In this document: positions 46,104 to 53,514 of the stretch, in pieces
How positions within the stretch are numbered: position 1 is the first letter of the stretch
Layout of the letters: every line of letters begins with the position of its first letter
Source: Planctomycetota bacterium
GTDB taxonomy: Bacteria > Planctomycetota > UBA8108 > SXIK01
Assembly: GCA_965223265.1 (NCBI GenBank)
Contig: OZ244999.1
Coordinates: forward strand, 4,544,001-4,608,000
Reading direction: 5' to 3'
DNA length: 64,000 bases
Translations under genes and position numbers: made by a program
Notes under the pieces: model-generated
What the model saw: the letters and a program-made list of their open reading frames with translations, nothing else
Told to the model about the DNA's origin: nothing
Databases searched by the model: none

Positions 46104-47291
46104 TCAGATGCGTTCGAACGGATGGAACATGCGTCGATACTCATCCTGGCAGTAACGATCCGTCATGCCCGCGATGTAGTCGCACGTCGCTCGCTCGAAT
46201 CCGTCGACCTCGCCGCGGTCCTGATACGCCGGTGGCAGTTGCCGAGGATTGCGGCGATACTCGACGAACAGGTCGCGGATGAATCGCTTCGCCTTCTCGG
46301 ACATCTTCAAAGCGCGAAAGTGACGATACAGTCGCTCGCGGAGGAAGTCCTGCATCTCCTGCTTCAAGCGTTTCATCTCGGGCGAAAAGCCCACGACCAA
46401 ACGCGGATGCGCCCGCACCTGCTCGATGGTCTCAATTTTCTTGCGCTCGATCTCGGCAATCGTTGTCTCGACGAGATCCTTCACTTGCGTATCGATGAGG
46501 TGCGAGATCGTCCTCGTCACAAGTGTGCTCCCCGCGTCAGCCGCCAGCGTCCCCGATTGCGTCACGTGCTCCTCGGCGCGCCGCCAGAGTTCCACCTCAC
46601 GCAGCTCACCGAGCGTGATGAAATGCGATCGTAGGCCGTCATCGATATCGTGGTTGTCGTAGGCGAGCGAATCCGCGATGTCTGCGAGCTGCGCCTCGAG
46701 AAGCGGGCGTGTCGCAGGTTCAAATTGCTGCGTCACCGATCCGAAGTCGTGATCGCCATGCTTGACGATCGACTCCCGGACTTCCCAGGAAAGATTGAGT
46801 CCGTCAAACTCCGGGTAACGTTTCTCCAAAACGTCGACGATTCGCAGGCTCTGCAGGTTGTGATTGAAGCCGCCGTCAGCGGCCATCAACTCATCGAGAG
46901 CTTCTTCGCCGGCGTGCCCAAAGGGAGAGTGTCCCAAATCGTGCGCCAGGGCGATCGACTCCACAAGGTCCTCGTTGAGGCGAAGAGTGCGCGCAATCGA
47001 GCGCGAGATCTGCGCCACCTCAATCGTGTGCGTCAACCGTGTGCGGTAGTGGTCGCCCTCGTGATTGACAAAAACTTGCGTTTTGTATTCCAAACGCCGA
47101 AACGCCGTTGAATGCACAATGCGGTCGCGGTCGCGCTGGTAGCATGTGCGGTAGCTCGACGGGGCGTCGTCATGCACGCGCCCGCGGGACTCTTCGCTGC
47201 GCATGGCATAGCCGGCAAGCGACTGACGCTCGCGCTGGTGAAGCGCCTCGACGTCCATCAATCGCGGCGACGTCGCTGATCTTCGATTCAT
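46104..47291 (-). CDS. dgt: Deoxyguanosinetriphosphate triphosphohydrolase-like HD protein
   Basis: YQRDRDRIVHSTAFRRLEYKTQVF, RTRLTHT.EVAQI, AHDLGHSPFGHAGE, DYIAGMTDRY; start uncertain (47258/47291/47351). Confidence 0.92.
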   Translation of the reverse strand: MNRRSATSPRLMDVEALHQRERQSLAGYAMRSEESRGRVHDDAPSSYRTCYQRDRDRIVHSTAFRRLEYKTQVFVNHEGDHYRTRLTHTIEVAQISRSIARTLRLNEDLVESIALAHDLGHSPFGHAGEEALDELMAADGGFNHNLQSLRIVDVLEKRYPEFDGLNLSWEVRESIVKHGDHDFGSVTQQFEPATRPLLEAQLADIADSLAYDNHDIDDGLRSHFITLGELREVELWRRAEEHVTQSGTLAADAGSTLVTRTISHLIDTQVKDLVETTIAEIERKKIETIEQVRAHPRLVVGFSPEMKRLKQEMQDFLRERLYRHFRALKMSEKAKRFIRDLFVEYRRNPRQLPPAYQDRGEVDGFERATCDYIAGMTDRYCQDEYRRMFHPFERI

Positions 47292-47520
47292 GGGCTTCGG
47301 TTTCTTCTTTTCGGTTTCTTCTTTTCGGCGACTCGCCGGGGACGCAGGCACGCGCGCGGCGGGGTGAGGGGTTGCGGTCGCACGCGGCGCACATGCCAGC
47401 TTGAGCGCCAGGTGAAAACGAACTATTGTTCCAGAATGAATCGACTTTTGCTACTCACCCCGAACGGTGTTCGGCGCCAAGCATTGACAGAAGATCTCAA
47501 CCGCGCACGGAAGGCAATCT

Positions 47521-48402
47521 TTGATGGCGCCTTCTGATCCCCCTGCCTGGAGCTGGAAGTCTCCGTCACATCCATCGGCTGCGCACGGCCTGCGCTACCA
47601 GCCCGGCAATTGGGGCGACATCCTCAAAGGCTGCTGGGCTCTCCATGTCGTCGACGCCATCATCGCCACCAAGGGCGCCTCCGCGTCGCCGCTGCGCTGT
47701 CTCGACCCGTTCGCTGGAGCTGTCTCTTACCCGCTCGAGCCAGCAGCAAGGCAACGTCTTCACGATGTCCGCGAGCCGCCACTGACCGAGAGCCAGGAGG
47801 AGTTCAGCCGCGCAGGACGGCTCGCGTCCACAGCTTCGCTCATTCTGGCGCGGTGTCGACAGAAAGGCAGAGCGGCCGAGCTTCATATCTTCGACACCGA
47901 CACCAACCGACGCGACTCATGGCAGGAGGCTGCAGGGAGCCACGTGCTCGACGTCGCCAGCTGCGACGAGGCGCTGACGAGCGCTGCGCAAGGAGCTGAA
48001 TTCGACCTGATTCTCATCGACCCCTATGACTTCTTCGATCGCTGGGGACTCTGGCTGCGCTCTGCGATTCGTCTCGCGCGACGCTCACTCGTTCTCGTCT
48101 ACCTCTACAACAAGTCGCCGCGCAGCACTGGTCACTTGCATCAGTATCGCCGCTGCATCGACGAGCTGCGGTCCGCTGCACTAAAGGGCACCGCCATTGT
48201 GATCGGCCGACTTCCCGCCGACGCGACGCTGCCCCGCGCCTACCACGAAGTGATGCTCCTCGGAAGCGCACGCGCGGTCACAACGCTGCGAGAAGATCTG
48301 CAGCGACTCACGTCACGCCTTTTCGCCCACGTCGCCGTCCCGGGCAGTTTCGAGGCATTCGAGGGAGCCGGTGAGCTTGTCGACGACGACGCGCCGGGAT
48401 AG
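47521..48402 (+). CDS. Divergent RlmJ-like SAM-dependent methyltransferase
   Basis: YQPGNWGDILK resembles RlmJ HAGN.ADVLK; LDPFAG motif I; LILIDPYD at the DPPY position. Confidence 0.6.
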   Translation: MMAPSDPPAWSWKSPSHPSAAHGLRYQPGNWGDILKGCWALHVVDAIIATKGASASPLRCLDPFAGAVSYPLEPAARQRLHDVREPPLTESQEEFSRAGRLASTASLILARCRQKGRAAELHIFDTDTNRRDSWQEAAGSHVLDVASCDEALTSAAQGAEFDLILIDPYDFFDRWGLWLRSAIRLARRSLVLVYLYNKSPRSTGHLHQYRRCIDELRSAALKGTAIVIGRLPADATLPRAYHEVMLLGSARAVTTLREDLQRLTSRLFAHVAVPGSFEAFEGAGELVDDDAPG

Positions 48403-48412
48403 ATTCCCCGGC

Positions 48413-48694
48413 GCGTTTGCGTTTGCGTTTGCGTTTGCGTTTGCGTTTGCGTTTGCGTTTGCGTGGGCGTTTGCGTTTGCGTGGGCGTGGGCGTGGGCGT
48501 GGGCGTGGGCGTGGGCGTGGGCGTGGGCGTGTGGGTCTTCCAAAGTAGCAGGCACACGCCTGTGTGCCGTCCGGACCGTGTGCGTGTGCGTGTGCGTGTG
48601 CGTGGGCGTTTGCGTGGGCGTGGGCGTGGGCGTGTGGGTCTTCCAAAGTAGCAGGCACACGCCTGTGTGCCGTCCGGACCGTGGGCGTGGGCGT
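48413..48694. repeat. Hexamer arrays (GCGTTT/GCGTGG/GCGTGT) interleaved with two identical 42-bp GTAG hairpin repeats
   Basis: GCGTTT x8 (48413-48460), GCGTGG x8 (48479-48526); TCTTCCAAAGTAGCAGGCACACGCCTGTGTGCCGTCCGGACC at 48536-48577 and 48639-48680. Confidence 0.95.
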
Positions 48695-48752
48695 GCGAGC
48701 TATGACACGAGTAACCGTACGGCGGCGGTTAGGTCGATGGTACGCGGTGCTC

Positions 48753-48807
48753 GGGACTGTCAAGAGTGCCCTCGCTGCGCTCGGCGCTTCGCGCTCTTGA
48801 CAGTCCC
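48753..48807. other. Long inverted repeat (14-bp perfect stem) upstream of the four-helix-bundle gene
   Basis: GGGACTGTCAAGAG (48753-48766) / CTCTTGACAGTCCC (48794-48807). Confidence 0.85.
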
Positions 48808-48885
48808 TCCGCGCCGCGTTGGGGGGTGGGGTACCGCCGCCCGGATGCGGCGGGCTCTCGATTCACCTTCCTTCGGAGGCCTTCT

Positions 48886-49209
48886 ATGCGTTTCATCGCT
48901 CTCGACGTCAGTCTCGGCTTGATCGGCGAATTGCGACTTCCTTTAGCGCGCCTTCGGCGTCTCGATCCGGACCTGCACCGGCAGATTCGGCGCGCTGCTT
49001 CTTCGGTGGCGCTCAATCTCTCGGAGGGAGCTGAACGCGCCGGCAAAGATCGCCAGCACCTTTTTCGCATAGCGCGCGGCGGTGCGCGCGAGGTCGAAAC
49101 GGCGCTGCGCGTCGCCCAGTCCTGGGGCGACCTGAAGCGCGACGACGTCGCGAGCGCTCTCAAGACGCTCGATCGACTGCTGGCGCTTCTTGGCGGGCTG
49201 ACTCGCTGA
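48886..49209 (+). CDS. Four-helix-bundle protein (23S rRNA IVP / bAvd-like family)
   Basis: 107 aa from ATG 48886 with GGAGG RBS; L..QIRRAASSV.LNLSEG...K...F.IARG...E signature. Confidence 0.88.
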   Translation: MRFIALDVSLGLIGELRLPLARLRRLDPDLHRQIRRAASSVALNLSEGAERAGKDRQHLFRIARGGAREVETALRVAQSWGDLKRDDVASALKTLDRLLALLGGLTR

Positions 49210-49278
49210 GCATCACGTCGTGGCGCCCGCTGCCTCCGTGGCGGGCACAATCCCCTGCGTTCGACCGAAGCGAGAGCG

Positions 49279-49448
49279 TCTTCCAAAGTAGCAGGCACAT
49301 GCCATGTGCCGTCCGTCTTGTGTGCGAGTGCGAGTGCGTGGGCCGACTAGCACTCTGTCTCTGGCTCCGTTTCCAAAGTAGCAGGCACATGCCATGTGCC
49401 GTCCGGTCGGTCACGGTCCACGCCCACGCAAACGCAAAACGCAAACGC
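49279..49448. repeat. Two more GTAG hairpin repeats followed by an inverted hexamer array
   Basis: TTCCAAAGTAGCAGGCACATGCCATGTGCCGTCCG at 49281-49315 and 49371-49405; (CCACGC)2 AAACGC A (AAACGC)2 at 49418-49448. Confidence 0.93.
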
Positions 49449-49489
49449 TCACAAGACGTGACTGTCTCTGCCTCTTAACCGCCGCAAGC

Positions 49490-50266
49490 TCAGCGCTTGG
49501 CTTCGCGAATGATCTCGCGTGCACCCTGTGGCGTGAGACCGTTCCAACCAACCGGGGCAGCGAGGCCGTGCCGCTCGAGAAGTGCTCGGTCTGTCAGGAT
49601 GTCGACTGCCGGTCCGTCAGCGTGAATCCTTCCCGACTCAAGAACCAAGACACGATCGCATGAGAGCAAAATGAACGGCAAATCGTGCGATGCGACCAAC
49701 CGTGCCTGCGACGTCTCGTCAAGCCTGGTGATCAAGTCGCGCTGGCCACGCGGATCTAGATCGCTTGTCGGCTCGTCCAAGATCAGGACGTCCGGGCCGT
49801 ACGCGAGCACCGTCGCCAGCGCGACCCTTCGTCGTTCGCCGCTCGAGAGGTGATGCGGTACACGCTCCTCAAAACCGGCGAGCCCGACGAACGCCAAGGC
49901 GTCGCTCACGCCCTCGTCGATTTGTCGGGCATCCATGCCGAAGTTCTCAGGCCCAAACGCGACGTCCTCGCGCACGCTCGGGCTGAAAAGCTGGTCTTCC
50001 GTCTCTTGAAAGACGACACCCAAATGGCGCCGAATCTCCTGATCGAAGCCTTCGCCGTAGGATCGACCGAGCACTTTGACTTCTCCTGACTGCGGCTGAA
50101 GCAGGCCAGAGATGAGAAGAAACAGCGTCGTCTTGCCGGCACCGTTGGGTCCGATGAGTCCCACGGATTCCCGGGGTCGTAGACGTAGAGAAACGTCGTC
50201 GATCGCGCGTCGCCCGTCGGGATAGGTGAAGCCAACGTGGGATAGGTGCAGCGGGTCGCCGTTCAA
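49490..50266 (-). CDS. cbiO: ECF-type Co/Ni transporter ATPase (CbiO/NikO)
   Basis: GPNGAGKTT, QLFSPSVREDVAFGP, HLSSGERRR, LILDEPT; TTG start overlaps the cbiQ stop. Confidence 0.9.
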   Translation of the reverse strand: MNGDPLHLSHVGFTYPDGRRAIDDVSLRLRPRESVGLIGPNGAGKTTLFLLISGLLQPQSGEVKVLGRSYGEGFDQEIRRHLGVVFQETEDQLFSPSVREDVAFGPENFGMDARQIDEGVSDALAFVGLAGFEERVPHHLSSGERRRVALATVLAYGPDVLILDEPTSDLDPRGQRDLITRLDETSQARLVASHDLPFILLSCDRVLVLESGRIHADGPAVDILTDRALLERHGLAAPVGWNGLTPQGAREIIREAKR

Positions 50267-51039
50267 GCGAACCTCCAAGCCAAAAGACCGAGGCCGCAAG
50301 CGATCAATGCAGACGCCAACAGAACATCACGACGCCGGGTACGAAAGTTCGTCGTCTCGGGAAACGTCCCATCGAACCCTCGGCATAGCATGGCGCTGTG
50401 GATTCGCTCCGTACGCTCGAACGAGCTCACGAGCAGACCTCCAACGAGGTGTCCAAGCCGACGCCCGGTCGTGCGGTCAAGGCGAGGGACGAACCCACGC
50501 ATCGTCATGGCACGGCGAACACGGCAGTACTGATCGCGATGCACGAAAAGATAACGGTACGAGAATCGAATCATTTGGACGATGGGCACCGGGACCCGGA
50601 GCGCCCTCAGCGCCTGCAGCGTGACCACGAAGCGCGTCGTCCCCAGCGCTGGAAAGATGAGGAGAGTGACCGCAACGACACGCAGCGACACCAAAACGCC
50701 GACAGCGAGTCCAACACTCGAGTACCACCGCGAAGAGTCGTCAGGTGATTGCGGTCCAGTGAGTGCGAAGACGATGACGACAGCGAGTGCGAACGGAACA
50801 AGAAACACGACGCTCCGGATTGCAGCCACCAGCGGTATCCGAGACATCCAAACGAAGCCAACCGCCAAAACCGTCGCGGCGACAATGGGAGGCGTATCCG
50901 CGCGCCACGCCGACGTCTTGTGCACCGGCAAGAGTCCGACGCACAGCATGAAGACGAAAAAACTGAACAACTTCCAGCGTGGATCCCAATTGTGAAAAAT
51001 CGAACTGGCAGCAGCATAGCGGTCAATATCAGGCCCCAT
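50263..51039 (-). CDS. cbiQ: ECF-type Co/Ni transporter T component (CbiQ/NikQ)
   Basis: IFHNWDPRWKL, FSYRYL, AMTMRGF, SFERTERIHSAMLCRGF; start moved to MGPDID (51039). Confidence 0.9.
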   Translation of the reverse strand: MGPDIDRYAAASSIFHNWDPRWKLFSFFVFMLCVGLLPVHKTSAWRADTPPIVAATVLAVGFVWMSRIPLVAAIRSVVFLVPFALAVVIVFALTGPQSPDDSSRWYSSVGLAVGVLVSLRVVAVTLLIFPALGTTRFVVTLQALRALRVPVPIVQMIRFSYRYLFVHRDQYCRVRRAMTMRGFVPRLDRTTGRRLGHLVGGLLVSSFERTERIHSAMLCRGFDGTFPETTNFRTRRRDVLLASALIACGLGLLAWRFA

Positions 51040-51523
51040 GCGGTTCCTTTCCGCTCTTCGCGAGCCGCACGAGGTTCGAAACCACAAGGACCGAGAGGAA
51101 CACGAGCACGACGCCGCCGACGATGCGCCCCCATCGTGGCAACCTTTCGATGCGCCCCGTACCGTCGAGGCGGATAGGAGAGTCGCCAGCACTCTTTCGC
51201 GCCGCCGCGATAGCGCTCCGCGCAACGAGGCGTTCGGCACGGTGACCCGCACCGTCGGAGACGACGACATGTAAATCGCCCGCGATGAGGGGAGTCCTGA
51301 GCGAGCCGGTGAGGTCGAGATCTGCCTCGATCGCCGGTGCGGCCGAACCGCCGTTCGCTCCGGCGACGAAGACCTTCACGCGTGCGCCGACCGCGGGGGT
51401 TGAAGAATCGAAGTGCGCCGTCACCAGCAGGTCATCGCCGACAAGGTAGACAGCCACGTCGAGGCCGTGAGCGTGAAGTGACCCGCAACTCAAAACGACA
51501 ACCGGAATCAACCAACAGCGCAC
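51029..51523 (-). CDS. Accessory Co/Ni ECF component (CbiL/NikL-like)
   Basis: Signal peptide ending LHA|HG, AHFDSSTPA.GA.V.V, DGAGHRAE, C-terminal TM; lies between cbiM and cbiQ. Confidence 0.7.
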   Translation of the reverse strand: MRCWLIPVVVLSCGSLHAHGLDVAVYLVGDDLLVTAHFDSSTPAVGARVKVFVAGANGGSAAPAIEADLDLTGSLRTPLIAGDLHVVVSDGAGHRAERLVARSAIAAARKSAGDSPIRLDGTGRIERLPRWGRIVGGVVLVFLSVLVVSNLVRLAKSGKEPHGA

Positions 51524-51527
51524 TTAA

Positions 51528-51705
51528 CAGCCCGCCTGAAAAAGTCATTCGGCCGAAGAAACTGGCCTCTTCACGCCCAGCTCGACCGCGTCATACTCGC
51601 CATCAGAATCGAAAGAACAGGGCCCGAAGATTGCCTGCGTTTGCCGCGGCCGATCTGGACGCGAAGAGACCAGTTTTCGGCTCGAAGCACGTTTTCAACA
51701 GGCTG
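51528..51705. mobile_element. MITE-like insertion (178 bp) with a TTAA target-site duplication
   Basis: TTAA at 51524-51527 and 51706-51709; imperfect TIRs CAGCCCGCCTGAAAAAGT / revcomp CAGCCTGTTGAAAACGT; removal puts the cbiM TAA directly against the cbiL GTG. Confidence 0.7.
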
Positions 51706-52338
51706 TTAACGGCCTTCTTCGCGTGCTGGCGCCGAGGGTTCGACTCGGTGAAGAAGGTCAGGTTTGACTCGATAAATAAAAACGACAGCACTTGCCGTCA
51801 CCAGACCCTCGACGCCCGCAAGTACCGCATGCGGCAAGACAATCAGGAACCCGACGTCGCGAAGCTCGGCGCCACCAGTATACATCGTCGCTATGAAAAG
51901 TCCGATCGAAACGAGCACCGCCGCGGCGCCCGCCACAAAGCCAGCGAACGAGGCGCGTCGCGCCGTGTTCCCACCGAGGAAGCGGAACAGTACATACGCG
52001 GCCCACGCACCTCCAGCCTGTATGACCGTGTTAACGCCAAGTGTCTGAAATCCGCCGTGAACGAAGAGAAGACGTTGGTAGAACAGCGCGACGAGAATGC
52101 AAGGGAGCGCCAGACGCCCGAGAAGAATGCCGGCGAGGCCGTTGAGGATGAGGTGAACCGACGTGACCCCCACCGGCACATGGATCGACGACACCACGAA
52201 GAAGAGGCTCGTGACCACCGCCAGTGCGGGTGCCCTTGCGGCATCGAAGCGCCGCAGCGAGAGGCCAACGCCGGCAGCGGCGACCACGCCTCCCCCCACC
52301 CAAACACCGGTTGACAACAGTCCGTCGGGAACGTGCAT
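51706..52338 (-). CDS. cbiM: ECF-type Co/Ni transporter S component (CbiM/NikM)
   Basis: N-terminal MHVPDG metal-binding motif, SVHL, FVHGGFQTLGVN, H..LA.VEG.VT; start moved to ATG 52338. Confidence 0.92.
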   Translation of the reverse strand: MHVPDGLLSTGVWVGGGVVAAAGVGLSLRRFDAARAPALAVVTSLFFVVSSIHVPVGVTSVHLILNGLAGILLGRLALPCILVALFYQRLLFVHGGFQTLGVNTVIQAGGAWAAYVLFRFLGGNTARRASFAGFVAGAAAVLVSIGLFIATMYTGGAELRDVGFLIVLPHAVLAGVEGLVTASAVVFIYRVKPDLLHRVEPSAPAREEGR

Positions 52339-52633
52339 CGAGGCTGCCAGTCTGCGCGCCAAGAACAAACCACCAGTGTAGCAGCCCGGGCGAAAAAGTC
52401 ATTCCAACGCTCACGCCGCGGCCCAGAACCCGTCTCCGATTCGACGTCCCCCGTACCATAGGTGAGTCATGAACAGATCGCGTCAACGGCTCTACGCCGT
52501 GCACGAACATCGAACCAAAGCGACGGAAAACCAAACTGGGAAGTGCGAGCCCCTATGGTAGACTTGCAGCTGGCGACAAGCTGCGGGAGTGAACGGAGAG
52601 AGTCAACGCTGAGGCTATGGAAGGTGGGCTAAA

Positions 52634-53083
52634 ATGCAGCCTAAGAAGGATGCCCTCGCTATCGAGGAGGAAGCGCTTAAGATCGCGCGCAGCGTCGCCT
52701 TCTGCGTTGCCACCGTCGTCGGCAAGTACGCCTGCTACCCCAACGTCGACGAGGCAACCTTCGAACGAATCCACAAGAGGATCACCGGCGGCCTGACGAA
52801 ACGCCGCCGCTCGATCCGCGACGTCTGCCAGGAACTTCGCGCGGTAACATCCTGCCACGTCAAAGAGCTGGTGGAGCCGGAACGCGTCGTCGACTCGGAT
52901 GGGAACCGCGAAGAGCTCGACGAGGCGGAACTACGACTCGTCGCCATCGCAGACGTGATCCGCCGCTCGAGCCGGCTGCCCAACAGTGTCTTTCGCGAGA
53001 TTCTGACCGGCCTGCTCTCCTGGGACCCTCCCGACCGACTCGTGATTCTCGACACGCTGACGAGCATCATCCGAGGCGGTTAG
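52634..53083 (+). CDS. Hypothetical protein
   Basis: 149 aa, ATG start with a GGAAGG-like RBS, plausible composition; no recognisable motif. Confidence 0.6.
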   Translation: MQPKKDALAIEEEALKIARSVAFCVATVVGKYACYPNVDEATFERIHKRITGGLTKRRRSIRDVCQELRAVTSCHVKELVEPERVVDSDGNREELDEAELRLVAIADVIRRSSRLPNSVFREILTGLLSWDPPDRLVILDTLTSIIRGG

Positions 53084-53129
53084 AAGCTCGGTTCAAGCGG
53101 CTTCTCCGGCCCGATCTGGCGCGGACGCG

Positions 53130-53489
53130 TCACCAATTGCGATGATCCCGCATAAAGACGCTAACCTCCTCCAAACTGCGGGCACCGATCAGGTGGCCAA
53201 TGGCTTGGACCTGCGGGAAGAACTCCTCGATGGCGCCGCAATAGTCGTCACCACTCGAGAAAATCGTCGCGTTGACGGCATTGAGCAGGAACTGCACGGC
53301 GTCTTCGGTGTTCTCTGGCGAGTACGGCTGGGCTCGGTGCGAACGTTTTACCGGTTCCTTTTCCACAGTTCTCCTCCTCGTGCTTGCGCCCTCCAAGGAA
53401 GAGTACAAAACCGAAGGCGATTCGTCGAACGACGGGCGCAATTGCCGCATGGCCAGATTCCGCACCCTGAACTCGCCTCCACAACGCAT
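53130..53489 (-). CDS. Hypothetical protein
   Basis: 119 aa ORF converging on 52634..53083; start uncertain. Confidence 0.45.
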   Translation of the reverse strand: MRCGGEFRVRNLAMRQLRPSFDESPSVLYSSLEGASTRRRTVEKEPVKRSHRAQPYSPENTEDAVQFLLNAVNATIFSSGDDYCGAIEEFFPQVQAIGHLIGARSLEEVSVFMRDHRNW

Positions 53490-53514
53490 TCCCCGGAAAT
53501 GAGTTTACGACTGC

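Noticed and set aside
48240-48922. Dipeptide-repeat ORFs (TP/TQ, AH/AN, AF/AW, RP/RK) over the hexamer arrays
   Set aside because: Stop-free hexamers open every frame; no RBS or domain supports any of them.
48536-49406. CRISPR array interpretation of the ~37-42-bp repeats
   Set aside because: Only 2+2 copies separated by a gene; the intervening sequence is low-complexity hexamer DNA; periods differ (103 vs 90 bp); no cas genes; an inverted copy exists elsewhere. A GTAG-REP fits better.
52339-52633. Cobalamin riboswitch upstream of cbiM
   Set aside because: No GGGAA / GCCACTG / B12-box-like motifs seen on the - strand; an Rfam scan would settle it.
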